Source: an uncultured Bacillota bacterium
Lineage (GTDB): Bacteria > Bacillota_I > Bacilli_A > RF39 > UBA660
DNA: 57,314 bases
Assembly: GCA_946540075.1 (NCBI GenBank)
Contig: CAMNHZ010000001.1
Location: 1 to 57,314, forward strand
Direction of reading: 5' to 3'
The notes beneath the pieces were generated by a model, which was not told the origin of the DNA, searched no databases, and saw nothing but the letters and a program-made list of their open reading frames with translations. Below, in pieces: positions 1 to 8,688 of the stretch. How positions within the stretch are numbered: the first letter of the stretch is position 1; each line of letters starts with the position of its first letter. The position numbers and the translations under genes are program-made.

Positions 1-706
1 CCAATATTGTTTTTGTGTAAGAACCATCTTCATTATGAACATAAATAGGACTTAATACTTTTAATCCCTTTTTACCACTTTTAACACCTTCAATTAATAT
101 CATCTTTGCATCTAAATTTTCTTTAGGATATACAAATTGCAATCGTTTAGGTTCAATTCCATTTTCTTTCATTAATTCTATTATTTCTATCATTCTCTCT
201 GGTCGGTGAACTATTGCAATTCTACCATTATTCTTAAGTATTTTTTTACTTATAATAAATATATTTTCCAACTTAAGAGTAAATTCATGCCTAGCAATTT
301 TTTTTGCCTCTGAAAGATTTTTCTTAGAACTATCTTCAATCTTAAAAAAAGGTGGATTACATGTTATCACATCATATGTGTCTGAATTTATACTATTATA
401 ATATATATTAATATCATCATTTATCAAATGTATTCTACTATCTAATTTGTTATATTCTATACTCTTTTTAGCTAATTCATATGACTTTTTTTGTAATTCG
501 ATTGCATCTATTTTACTGTTAGTTTTTGTTGTAAGTATTAACGGGATAGGAGCATTTCCTGTTCCTATATCGAGAATTTTCTTTACTGATTTATTTATTG
601 TTACAAAATTTGCAAGCAAAACAGAATCCAATGAAAAGTTAAACATTTCTGTATCTTGATATATTTTTAAATTATTATAATCCAATAAATCATTTAATAC
701 TATCAT
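1..706 (-). CDS. SAM-dependent N6-adenine methyltransferase, YabB/TrmN6-like (C-terminal end runs off the window)
   Basis: Absent from the ORF track because it has no stop inside the window. Hand translation of the reverse strand from ATG at 706 gives 235 codons with no stop: MIVLNDLLDYNNLKIYQDTEMFNFSLDSVLLANF..ILDIGTGNAPIPL..DVITCNPPFFK. It has a GxGxG SAM motif and the NPPF motif of N6-adenine methyltransferases. It lies downstream of yaaT as yabB does in Bacillus, and its start overlaps the yaaT stop by 17 nt. Confidence 0.75.
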   Translation of the reverse strand, partial: MIVLNDLLDYNNLKIYQDTEMFNFSLDSVLLANFVTINKSVKKILDIGTGNAPIPLILTTKTNSKIDAIELQKKSYELAKKSIEYNKLDSRIHLINDDINIYYNSINSDTYDVITCNPPFFKIEDSSKKNLSEAKKIARHEFTLKLENIFIISKKILKNNGRIAIVHRPERMIEIIELMKENGIEPKRLQFVYPKENLDAKMILIEGVKSGKKGLKVLSPIYVHNEDGSYTKTIL

Positions 707-1484
707 CTATAACCTCAATTAATCCAATTTGTGGAATATCAACATAATACTTTCTCTTTAATACATTTACTTCTTTAACCACACCGGTTCCTTCTTTTAT
801 TTTTACTGTATCTCCAATTTTTGGAAGACCTTTTTGACATCTTTTATAACATTCATCCTCGTACTTCAAACAACAAAGTAATCTACCACATGAACCATTA
901 ATTTTATTAGGATTTAAAGATAAGTTTTGATCCTTGGCCATATTTATTGAAACTGGCGCAAAAGTATTCATAAATCTAGAGCAACACAATACTTGTCCAC
1001 AAACCCCAATTCCGCCAATTTCTCTTGCTTTATCACGAACTCCAATTTGTCTTAATTCAATTCTCGTTTTATATATTGAAGCCAATTTTTTAGCTAGATC
1101 TCTAAAATCTATTCTAGTATCAGCTAAAAATCTAAATAATAATTGTTCTCGGTTAAAGGTATACGTGGCGTCTAAAACTTGCATTTTGATATTCATTTTT
1201 TTTGAAATACTTTTGCATTTTTGTAATGCCTTTTCTGCATCCTCTAAATTCTTTTTATGCTTTTGATAATCTTTTTTTGTTGCCAATCTTACTACTTCAT
1301 TCAAATCAGATAATTTAGTATTATCAGCCAATTTGATAACTTCTGTCTTTACTTTCCCATATTGTTGACCTTTTTCTGTTTCAACAATTACATTTGAATC
1401 CTTTTTCAAAGTTAAATCATTGGTAAGAAAGTAAGATAAACGATTGTTATTATCAAATGAAATACCAACTATATTTTTATCCAT
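690..1484 (-). CDS. ricT: PSP1-domain protein YaaT/RicT (stage 0 sporulation / RNase Y regulator)
   Basis: 264 aa with Cys-rich motifs GVCGQVLCCSRF and GSCGRLLCCLKYE typical of PSP1/YaaT. Synteny holB-yaaT. Confidence 0.85.
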   Translation of the reverse strand: MDKNIVGISFDNNNRLSYFLTNDLTLKKDSNVIVETEKGQQYGKVKTEVIKLADNTKLSDLNEVVRLATKKDYQKHKKNLEDAEKALQKCKSISKKMNIKMQVLDATYTFNREQLLFRFLADTRIDFRDLAKKLASIYKTRIELRQIGVRDKAREIGGIGVCGQVLCCSRFMNTFAPVSINMAKDQNLSLNPNKINGSCGRLLCCLKYEDECYKRCQKGLPKIGDTVKIKEGTGVVKEVNVLKRKYYVDIPQIGLIEVIDDSIK

Positions 1485-2458
1485 TACACTTCCTCCTTAG
1501 AAAACATAATTATTAGTTTATCAAGCAAAAGATTAATATTTGCATTTATTTTAATATTGTTTTTTATTTGTTCAATTATATTTATTCTATTACATATCGT
1601 AGTTATTAATAAATTATCAAATTTATTTATATATTCAAAATCACTAGATAGCACATTTAATTGTCTATTAAGTTTAAAATTAATTAAATCTTGATATATC
1701 AATACCATTATTGCTAAAAATAACTCAAATGTGTTTTTATCATTGCCTATAACTAAATTTATATTACTTGTATTAGCAATCATCGATAATTCTTTTTCTT
1801 CATATCCTAACAAAAAATTAATAGTTTCATTGATCAAATCTGAAAATTTTTCTGTTTCTATATATTCACTATAATTATTATTGATATGTATTAGAGCTTG
1901 TCTAAATTTTTCATTTATTAATAAATTTTTATTATCAGTAACACTATCATTTTGCAAAGAAATAATTTGACATCTTGATTGAATTGTTCTCAATACAAGA
2001 TTTTTGTTATTTGTTACAAGTATAGCAATTATACCAGATTCTGGTTCTTCTAAAAATTTAAGTAAAGCATTTGCAGCGTAATTATTTAATTTATCTGCTT
2101 CAAATATTATATATACTTTCTTATTTGATTCTACAGCTTTTGTTTCAAATTCTCTTTGCAATTCTTCTATTTGATCTTTTTTAATCCACATTCCATCAGG
2201 AAATATGATTTTTAATTCAGTATAGTTACCATTATCAATTCTCTTACAAACATTACAATTATTTGCTTCCTCTTTTGTTTTATGATGTTCTGGGCATAAG
2301 ATATATTTTACAAATGCCATTATAAAATTCTTAGAAGACGTATAATTATTAGTTTCAAAAAGATATGCATGTGATAATTTGTTGTTATCAACTGCTGATG
2401 TTAATATTTTATAAGCAATACTCTGATCTTTTCTATAATCATCTAACATACATTTCAC
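1484..2458 (-). CDS. holB: DNA polymerase III subunit delta prime
   Basis: 324 aa: LSHAYLFE, CNVCKRIDNGNYTELKI zinc module, LLKFLEEP, SRCQ sensor motif. Located between recR/dnaX and yaaT. Confidence 0.85.
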   Translation of the reverse strand: MKCMLDDYRKDQSIAYKILTSAVDNNKLSHAYLFETNNYTSSKNFIMAFVKYILCPEHHKTKEEANNCNVCKRIDNGNYTELKIIFPDGMWIKKDQIEELQREFETKAVESNKKVYIIFEADKLNNYAANALLKFLEEPESGIIAILVTNNKNLVLRTIQSRCQIISLQNDSVTDNKNLLINEKFRQALIHINNNYSEYIETEKFSDLINETINFLLGYEEKELSMIANTSNINLVIGNDKNTFELFLAIMVLIYQDLINFKLNRQLNVLSSDFEYINKFDNLLITTICNRINIIEQIKNNIKINANINLLLDKLIIMFSKEEV

Positions 2459-2462
2459 CTTC

Positions 2463-2651
2463 TTAATATACTAATAACAATATTATTGAAAAACTAAATA
2501 AGGATGGGATTCCAAATATAGTTATCATTAATATTGTAATTATATTTATCGGAATATTTAAATTTAATGGTACAACTAACACATTATATCCGTATATTAT
2601 AAAAGCACTTACCAATATTTTTTTTATAACATCAATAATAGTGTTTAGCAT
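2463..2651 (-). CDS. small membrane protein, BofA-like (pro-sigma-K processing inhibitor family)
   Basis: 62 aa with two TM segments. The segment NIPINIITILMITIFGIPSLF resembles the BofA conserved core. Its position after recR matches Bacillus recR-yaaL-bofA. Confidence 0.5.
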   Translation of the reverse strand: MLNTIIDVIKKILVSAFIIYGYNVLVVPLNLNIPINIITILMITIFGIPSLFSFSIILLLVY

Positions 2652-2690
2652 CTAGATCACCTTACAAAATAATATGTTGTTTTTCTTATT

Positions 2691-3290
2691 TCATGAAATC
2701 TTTTTTCTGTCATCTAGAGCCATACTAAGTGTTAAAGTATCAATATACTCCATATCTGCACCTAATGGTATTCCATGAGCTATTTTTGTGACAACAACAT
2801 TTTTATCTTTTAATTTTCTATTAATATATAAAGCTGTTGTCTCTCCCTCAATATTAGGTTTTAAAGCAAGTATAACCTCTTTAATATTCTCTTTGTCAAT
2901 TCTATCTAGTAATGTAGAAATATTAACATCTTCTGGATTTATACCATCCAAAGGTGATATTAAACCGTTTAAAACATGATAAGTACCATTATATGTTCCT
3001 ATTTTTTCTATAGCTATTATATTTTTAGGATCTTCAACCACACAAACAATAGACTTATTTCTCATATTATCTGTACATATTAAACATTTTTCTGTTTCGG
3101 ATAAATTGTTACATATAGTGCAATGTTTAATTTTGGTTTTTATATCAACTAAAGATTTAGAAAATAAATCAATAGCATCTTGATCCATTTCCATAGATGC
3201 TAATGCAAGGCGTTCGGCAGTTTTAGCCCCAATACCTGGTAACTTTTTATAGCAGTCTATTAAATTTTTTATCGTCGTAGGATAGTTCAT
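2691..3290 (-). CDS. recR: recombination protein RecR
   Basis: 199 aa: LPGIGAKTAERLA helix-hairpin-helix, C4 zinc finger CTICNN..CLIC, Toprim VVEDPKN. Confidence 0.95.
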   Translation of the reverse strand: MNYPTTIKNLIDCYKKLPGIGAKTAERLALASMEMDQDAIDLFSKSLVDIKTKIKHCTICNNLSETEKCLICTDNMRNKSIVCVVEDPKNIIAIEKIGTYNGTYHVLNGLISPLDGINPEDVNISTLLDRIDKENIKEVILALKPNIEGETTALYINRKLKDKNVVVTKIAHGIPLGADMEYIDTLTLSMALDDRKKIS

Positions 3291-3292
3291 AA

Positions 3293-3589
3293 TTAAAATA
3301 ATCCTGGCATTCCTTGTGTATATTTTCCCATTTTTGCTTCTGTTTCAGAATCAATTTGATTAAAGGCATCATTAATAGCTACAACAATCATATCCTCCAA
3401 TAATTCAATATCTTCTTTTTCTAATTTTTCTTCTGTTATCTTAACTGATTTGATTTTTTTATTTCCCATTACTTCTACACTAACAATCGAAGACTTTCCT
3501 GTGAATACTTTTTCATCTATTTCCTTTTTAGTATTCATCATATCTTTTTGTAATTTTTGTGCTTGTTTAAGCATAGCTTGCATATTCAT
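3293..3589 (-). CDS. ybaB: nucleoid-associated protein YbaB/EbfC family
   Basis: 98 aa beginning MNMQAMLKQAQKLQKDM and ending GMPGLF. Conserved dnaX-ybaB-recR order. Confidence 0.9.
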   Translation of the reverse strand: MNMQAMLKQAQKLQKDMMNTKKEIDEKVFTGKSSIVSVEVMGNKKIKSVKITEEKLEKEDIELLEDMIVVAINDAFNQIDSETEAKMGKYTQGMPGLF

Positions 3590-3610
3590 TTTTTATTCCT
3601 CTTTTCTATT

Positions 3611-5317
3611 TTATTCATACTCTATAATATTTCCAAAAATATTATTAAATTCATTGATGTTTTGTTCATTATCTGGCTTATTTTGAGATTCTATAATTTC
3701 TTTTAGGTTTGGTTCCTCTATATAAGAATATTTTTTAGATTTAGAATTAAATTCATTTTTAATTATTTCCCATGATGATAAGTCTGTTGCGACAACCTTA
3801 ATATTCTTATTAGTTACAATCTCTAGAAATTCTTCTATTTCTAAAATCTTTTCATTAAAGTTTATAGCTTCTGTTTCTGTCTTATAAACATAGACAACGA
3901 TATTATTTCCCGAAGCCTTTCTTACACCATCAAGTAATAAAGAAGCTATTGGATTATATTTTTCATTCAAAATATAATTTCTAATGATATCATCATATTT
4001 CTGAATTTCTTTCATTATACTCTTATCTAATTTTGATAAAGAATTATTTATCCTTATATCTCTAAAATTATAAAGTTTTTGTAAATATACATCATCTTTA
4101 ATTTGTTTCTTTTCAGTTGTATTTTCAACCTTAATATCAGGTTTAGTTACCTTACTATTATTTTGTGTCTTTTTTACATTAACAATTGTCTTTTTGACAT
4201 TTTTCTCTTCTGAAACTGTCAAATTATCCATCTTATTCATACTATTTTTTAAACAATATAATTCCAATAGTAATTTAGGATTCGTTGACATTTTCATTTC
4301 ATTTAATGTTTTATTCAAATCTAATATCATATTATATAAATTATCGTTAGTTATTTCCTTGGAAATTTTTTCATAAATTTTTGTTATATTATTTTCCAGG
4401 AAATAATTAGTAGTTTGCTTATATATTAAAATATTTTTGAGTTGAACTAATAATTCTTCAGATATTTTATAAAGATTCTTTCCCTTACTATTTAATTCAT
4501 CAATTGTATCTAACACTTTATTTAAATTATTATTAACTAATAATGATATAAATTCCAATAAATTATCAACAGATAATGTCCCATTTAATTCATGGATATC
4601 ATTTATTGTTATTAATTCATTATTATATGATATCAATTGATCAAGCATACTTATAGAATCTCTCATTCCACCATCTGAAAGTTTTGCAATTTCAAATAAT
4701 GCTTCTTTTTCAATTTTTATGTTTTCATTATTAACAATATAATCTAAACGACTTACTATATCAGTGTCTTTAATTTTTTCGAAATCAAATCTTTGACATC
4801 TTGAAAGTATTGTTATTGGAATTTTATGAGGATCCGTAGTTGCTAGAATAAAAATTGCATGACTTGGTGGTTCCTCCAATGTTTTTAATAGTGCGTTGAA
4901 TGCACCAACAGTTAACATATGAACTTCATCAATGATATAAATTTTGTATTTCCCAAGAGTTGGAACTAGATTTACTTTTGATTTCAATGCTCTAATCTCA
5001 TCAACACCATTATTAGATGCTGCATCTATTTCAATAACATCAGTCATTTGATTATTATTAAATTGCGTACAATTAACACATTTGTTACATGCCTCACCAT
5101 TCTCAACATTTTTGCAATTAACTATTTTAGCTAAAATTTTAGCTACACTTGTTTTTCCAGTCCCCCTTGGACCAGCAAATAAATATGCATGTGATAATTT
5201 GTTGTTTTTAATTTCATTAATCAATGTTTTTACTATCTTTTCTTGACCAACCACATCATTTAATGAATCTGGTCGATATTTTCTATAAAGTGCTACATAC
5301 ATATTTTCACCATCCAA
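3611..5317 (-). CDS. dnaX: DNA polymerase III subunits gamma/tau
   Basis: 568 aa: RPDSLNDVVGQE, Walker A GPRGTGKTS, zinc module CNKCVNC, DEVHML, SRCQRF. Confidence 0.95.
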   Translation of the reverse strand: MDGENMYVALYRKYRPDSLNDVVGQEKIVKTLINEIKNNKLSHAYLFAGPRGTGKTSVAKILAKIVNCKNVENGEACNKCVNCTQFNNNQMTDVIEIDAASNNGVDEIRALKSKVNLVPTLGKYKIYIIDEVHMLTVGAFNALLKTLEEPPSHAIFILATTDPHKIPITILSRCQRFDFEKIKDTDIVSRLDYIVNNENIKIEKEALFEIAKLSDGGMRDSISMLDQLISYNNELITINDIHELNGTLSVDNLLEFISLLVNNNLNKVLDTIDELNSKGKNLYKISEELLVQLKNILIYKQTTNYFLENNITKIYEKISKEITNDNLYNMILDLNKTLNEMKMSTNPKLLLELYCLKNSMNKMDNLTVSEEKNVKKTIVNVKKTQNNSKVTKPDIKVENTTEKKQIKDDVYLQKLYNFRDIRINNSLSKLDKSIMKEIQKYDDIIRNYILNEKYNPIASLLLDGVRKASGNNIVVYVYKTETEAINFNEKILEIEEFLEIVTNKNIKVVATDLSSWEIIKNEFNSKSKKYSYIEEPNLKEIIESQNKPDNEQNINEFNNIFGNIIEYE

Positions 5318-5348
5318 TCCAATATATATTATTATATCATTTTATCAA

Positions 5349-5379
5349 TAAAATAAAAAGAATATATCATATTCTTTTT
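5349..5379 (-). terminator. hairpin plus U-run at the tadA 3' end
   Basis: 9-bp stem AAAGAATAT/ATATTCTTT (5357-5365 / 5369-5377) followed on the minus strand by TTTTATTT. It overlaps the tadA stop. Confidence 0.45.
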
Positions 5380-5816
5380 ATTTCAAAAAATTGTCTTAAC
5401 ATTTGTTTTATATCATTATTTTCCATGTTTACCACTACTCTATTTTTTAATATCCTACTCTTAATACTTGAATCATTTTTTAAATTCGACATTAACCCAA
5501 ATTTTTCATTTGCAACCCCATAAACTATTTTTTTTATTCTCGATTCCATGATTGCTCCCATGCACATTATACAAGGTTCCATAGTTACATATATTTCGCA
5601 ATCAGTTAAATGCCATGTGTTTAGTTTTTTACAAGCTTCATCAATTGCTATAATTTCCGCGTGGGAAATAGCTGATTTATTCATTTCTTTTTGATTACAT
5701 GCTTTAGCAATTATTTTATTATCATAAACTATAACAGCACCAACTGGAACATCACCATTCTTTAATGCTTTTTTTGCTTCTTTTATAGCTTCGATCATAT
5801 ATTTTTCTTCTATCAT
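5367..5816 (-). CDS. tadA: tRNA adenosine(34) deaminase TadA
   Basis: CMP/dCMP deaminase motifs HAE and PCIMC. I start it at MIEEKY (5816, RBS GGTGA) rather than the track start at 5843, because the 5' extension would overlap the SRP RNA stem. Confidence 0.88.
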   Translation of the reverse strand: MIEEKYMIEAIKEAKKALKNGDVPVGAVIVYDNKIIAKACNQKEMNKSAISHAEIIAIDEACKKLNTWHLTDCEIYVTMEPCIMCMGAIMESRIKKIVYGVANEKFGLMSNLKNDSSIKSRILKNRVVVNMENNDIKQMLRQFFEIKRI

Positions 5817-5832
5817 ATTATCACCATTAAAA

Positions 5833-5909
5833 ATGACGCACACAATAAGAGATTCTTAAGGATGCTGTCTTCCGACTCTGACCTGATTCAAACATTATTG
5901 TTGCGTCAT
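5833..5909 (-). ncRNA. ffs: small (4.5S-type) signal recognition particle RNA
   Basis: The minus strand reads AUGACGCAACAAUAAUGUUUGAAUCAGGUCAGAGUCGGAAGACAGCAUCCUUAAGAAUCUCUUAUUGUGUGCGUCAU. It contains the SRP domain IV signature CAGGUCAG..GUC-GGAA-GAC..AGCA with a GGAA tetraloop. The ends close in a ~15-bp stem (5833-5848 / 5895-5909). A promoter lies just upstream and UUUUAA follows. Confidence 0.75.
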
Positions 5910-5913
5910 AGTT

Positions 5914-5942
5914 AATATACAACATTTTATGTTTAAATGCAA
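5914..5942 (-). promoter_or_regulatory. sigma-A type promoter of the SRP RNA
   Basis: On the minus strand: TTGCAT (5942-5937), 17-nt spacer, TATATT (5919-5914). The predicted start falls at the first bases of the SRP closing stem. Confidence 0.55.
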
Positions 5943-5984
5943 TGAAATTATATTGATTTTAAACGACTTTTTGTTGTTTTTGAT

Positions 5985-6008
5985 ACAATGTTTCACGTGA
6001 AACATTGT
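5985..6008. promoter_or_regulatory. parS centromere-like site 1 (24-bp perfect palindrome)
   Basis: ACAATGTTTCACGTGAAACATTGT. The core at 5989-6004, TGTTTCACGTGAAACA, matches the Firmicute parS consensus TGTTNCACGTGAAACA exactly. Confidence 0.8.
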
Positions 6009-6047
6009 TAGGTTTGTTTTTATAATTTCGTAATACTTATTTTTTTG

Positions 6048-6071
6048 TTAATGTTTCACGTGAAACATTAA
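6048..6071. promoter_or_regulatory. parS centromere-like site 2 (24-bp perfect palindrome)
   Basis: TTAATGTTTCACGTGAAACATTAA, with the core TGTTTCACGTGAAACA at 6052-6067. Confidence 0.8.
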
Positions 6072-6107
6072 TACTTTTTTAAATCTTACTAATTGTTTTT
6101 TTTGCTT

Positions 6108-6125
6108 ATGTTTCACGTGAAACAT
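6108..6125. promoter_or_regulatory. parS centromere-like site 3 (18-bp perfect palindrome)
   Basis: ATGTTTCACGTGAAACAT, with the core TGTTTCACGTGAAACA at 6109-6124. Confidence 0.8.
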
Positions 6126-6175
6126 TGTTCAGGAAATAATCTCTGTTTGATGGCTATAAAAAAAGAAGAATCTTT

Positions 6176-8677
6176 TTAATCAGATTCCTCTTCATTTTCG
6201 ATAATAGTTATCGTACTTACATTTTGATTTTCTTTAAGATTTATCAATTTTACACCTTGAGCCACTCTTCCTGTTTGAGATACCTGACCTAAATTTATTC
6301 TAATAATTATACCATTATTAGTTATTAACATCATATCTTCATCACCAGTTACAAGTTTAAAGGCAACAATTGTTCCGTTCTTTTCAGTAATATTAAGTGC
6401 TTTTACTCCTTTGCTGCCTCTATGAGTTAAACGATATTCATCAATGTTTGTTTTTTTACCATAACCTTTTTCTGTTACTACTAGTACTTTTTGATCTTGT
6501 TCTGCTATTTCACATCCAACACACTTACTTCCGCTAAGTTCGATACCTTTAACACCAGTAGCAGTTCTTCCCATAATTCTTATTTCACTTTCATTAAATC
6601 TTATCATTCTACCATTACTAGCAGCTATCAATATTTCGTTATTTCCTGAAGTCTTTTTAACTGAAATTAATTCATCATCATCCTTTAATTTTATTGCAAT
6701 TTTACCTGTTGTTCTTATATTTTCAAATTCTTTTATTCTTGTACGTTTTACTGTACCATTTTGTGTACAAAATACAATAAATTCTGAAGGATCTTCATTT
6801 TCTACTTTCAATAACGTATTAATTCTTTCATCTTTCTCTAGAGGTAACAAATTAATGACTGGTAATCCTTTAGATTGTCTACTAAATAATGGTACTTCAT
6901 ATCCTTTCATACGATATACTTTTCCTTTATTTGTAAAGAACATTATATAGTCATGAGTTGTCATTGAAAGCATCTTTTCAACATAATCTTCCTCATTAGT
7001 AGACATACCTTTAATTCCTACTCCTCCACGATTCTGAGTACGATAATTTTCACTATTCATTCTCTTTATATATCCTTTATTTGTTAAAGAAACAACAATA
7101 TCCTCTATTGGAATTAATGATTCGTCTTCTATATAATCTATTGCAGTCATATCTATTGATGTGCGACGATCATCTGCATATTTATTTTTGATTTCAAGTA
7201 ATTCTTGTTTGATTATTTCTAATACTTTTGCTTCTGAAGCAAGAATTTCTTTTAATTCAACTATCTTTTCAAGTAAATCATTTAATTCAGATTCAATTTT
7301 TTCTCTTTCTAATCCTGTTAATCTACGAAGTCTTAATTCTAAAATAGATTTAGCTTGAATTTCAGAAAGTCCATATTTGCTCATTAATTTTTCTTTTGCT
7401 TCTAAATCTGTTTCAGCACCTCTTATAATCTTAATAACAGCATCAATATTATCCAATGCTATCTTTAATCCTTCTAAAATATGAACTCTTTCCTCTGCCT
7501 TTTTTAGATCATATCTTGTACGTCTTATAATTACTTCCTTTTGATGATCAACATATTTAGAGATTATATCTTTTAATCCTAGTGTTCTTGGAACACCATT
7601 ATCAAGCATTAATAGAATTATTCCATAATTTGTTTGAAATTGAGTATGTTTGTATAAATTATTAAGAATAACCTGAGCATTAGCATCTTTCTTTAAAGTA
7701 ATTGTTATTTTTATACCATCTTTTAAATCTGTATGATAATCTGATATACCATCTATTACTTTATTATGAACTAATTCTGCCACTTTGTTCTTTAATTCTA
7801 AAGCATTTATCCCATATGGAATTTCATCGATGATTATATAATTTCTTCCTTTTTTCTCTTCAATTCTAGCTCTACTGCGAATTGTAATAGTTCCCCTACC
7901 AGTTTCATATGCTTTTTTTATTCCGCTATTTCCTAGTATAACAGCACCTGTTGGGAAATCTGGTCCTTTTATATAATTCATTAATCCTAAGGTATCTATA
8001 TCTGGATTATCAATATAAGCTATACATCCATCAATAACTTCACCTAAATTATGTGGCGGAATATTTGTTGCCATACCAACAGCTATTCCCATTGTTCCAT
8101 TGACTAAAATATTAGGAAAGCGTGATGGTAAGACTGTTGGTTCATTTTGTGTTTCATCAAAATTTAAAGTCATATCAACAGTTTCTTTATTTATATCACG
8201 TAATAATTCTAATGAAATTTTTGATAATCTTGATTCTGTATAACGCATTGCGGCTGCTCCGTCACCTTCAATATTACCAAAGTTTCCGTGTCCGTCTATA
8301 AGCAGATATCTTTGATTAAAATTTTGTGCCATTCTAACCATTGCTTCATAAATAGATGAATCTCCATGTGGATGGTAATTACCCATAACTTCACCAACTG
8401 TTTTAGCAGACTTTCTATGAGGTTTATCAGGAGTATAACCTGACTTATACATGCTCCATAAAATACGTCTATGAACAGGTTTTAATCCATCTCTTAAATC
8501 AGGCAACGCACGAGATGTAATAACACTCATGGAATATTCCAAAAACGAAGTTTTTACCTCATCTACAATGTTATTCTCAGATAAACTATCTCGTTCATGA
8601 AAATAACCATTAAATTCATTTGTTTCCATTTTATTATTATCTAATTCAGTTTCTAAATTCTTATTTTCTTCTTCCAT
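6176..8677 (-). CDS. gyrA: DNA gyrase subunit A
   Basis: 833 aa: LPDLRDGLKPVHRRILW, AAAMRYTE active-site Tyr region, QRDR-like HPHGDSSIYEAMV, C-terminal beta-pinwheel repeats. Confidence 0.97.
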   Translation of the reverse strand: MEEENKNLETELDNNKMETNEFNGYFHERDSLSENNIVDEVKTSFLEYSMSVITSRALPDLRDGLKPVHRRILWSMYKSGYTPDKPHRKSAKTVGEVMGNYHPHGDSSIYEAMVRMAQNFNQRYLLIDGHGNFGNIEGDGAAAMRYTESRLSKISLELLRDINKETVDMTLNFDETQNEPTVLPSRFPNILVNGTMGIAVGMATNIPPHNLGEVIDGCIAYIDNPDIDTLGLMNYIKGPDFPTGAVILGNSGIKKAYETGRGTITIRSRARIEEKKGRNYIIIDEIPYGINALELKNKVAELVHNKVIDGISDYHTDLKDGIKITITLKKDANAQVILNNLYKHTQFQTNYGIILLMLDNGVPRTLGLKDIISKYVDHQKEVIIRRTRYDLKKAEERVHILEGLKIALDNIDAVIKIIRGAETDLEAKEKLMSKYGLSEIQAKSILELRLRRLTGLEREKIESELNDLLEKIVELKEILASEAKVLEIIKQELLEIKNKYADDRRTSIDMTAIDYIEDESLIPIEDIVVSLTNKGYIKRMNSENYRTQNRGGVGIKGMSTNEEDYVEKMLSMTTHDYIMFFTNKGKVYRMKGYEVPLFSRQSKGLPVINLLPLEKDERINTLLKVENEDPSEFIVFCTQNGTVKRTRIKEFENIRTTGKIAIKLKDDDELISVKKTSGNNEILIAASNGRMIRFNESEIRIMGRTATGVKGIELSGSKCVGCEIAEQDQKVLVVTEKGYGKKTNIDEYRLTHRGSKGVKALNITEKNGTIVAFKLVTGDEDMMLITNNGIIIRINLGQVSQTGRVAQGVKLINLKENQNVSTITIIENEEESD

Positions 8678-8688
8678 TTTTTCACCTC

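Noticed and set aside
5817-5843. 5' extension of the tadA ORF (MCVIFNGDN...) given in the ORF track
   Set aside because: The extension overlaps the closing stem of the SRP RNA. An internal ATG at 5816 with a GGTGA RBS gives a normal TadA N-terminus.
5985-6125. Three spaced palindromic repeats could be read as a mini CRISPR array or as gyrA terminators
   Set aside because: There are only three units and no cas genes. The units are perfect palindromes identical to parS, and the spacers are T-rich and similar to each other. No U-run follows the hairpins in the gyrA transcription direction.
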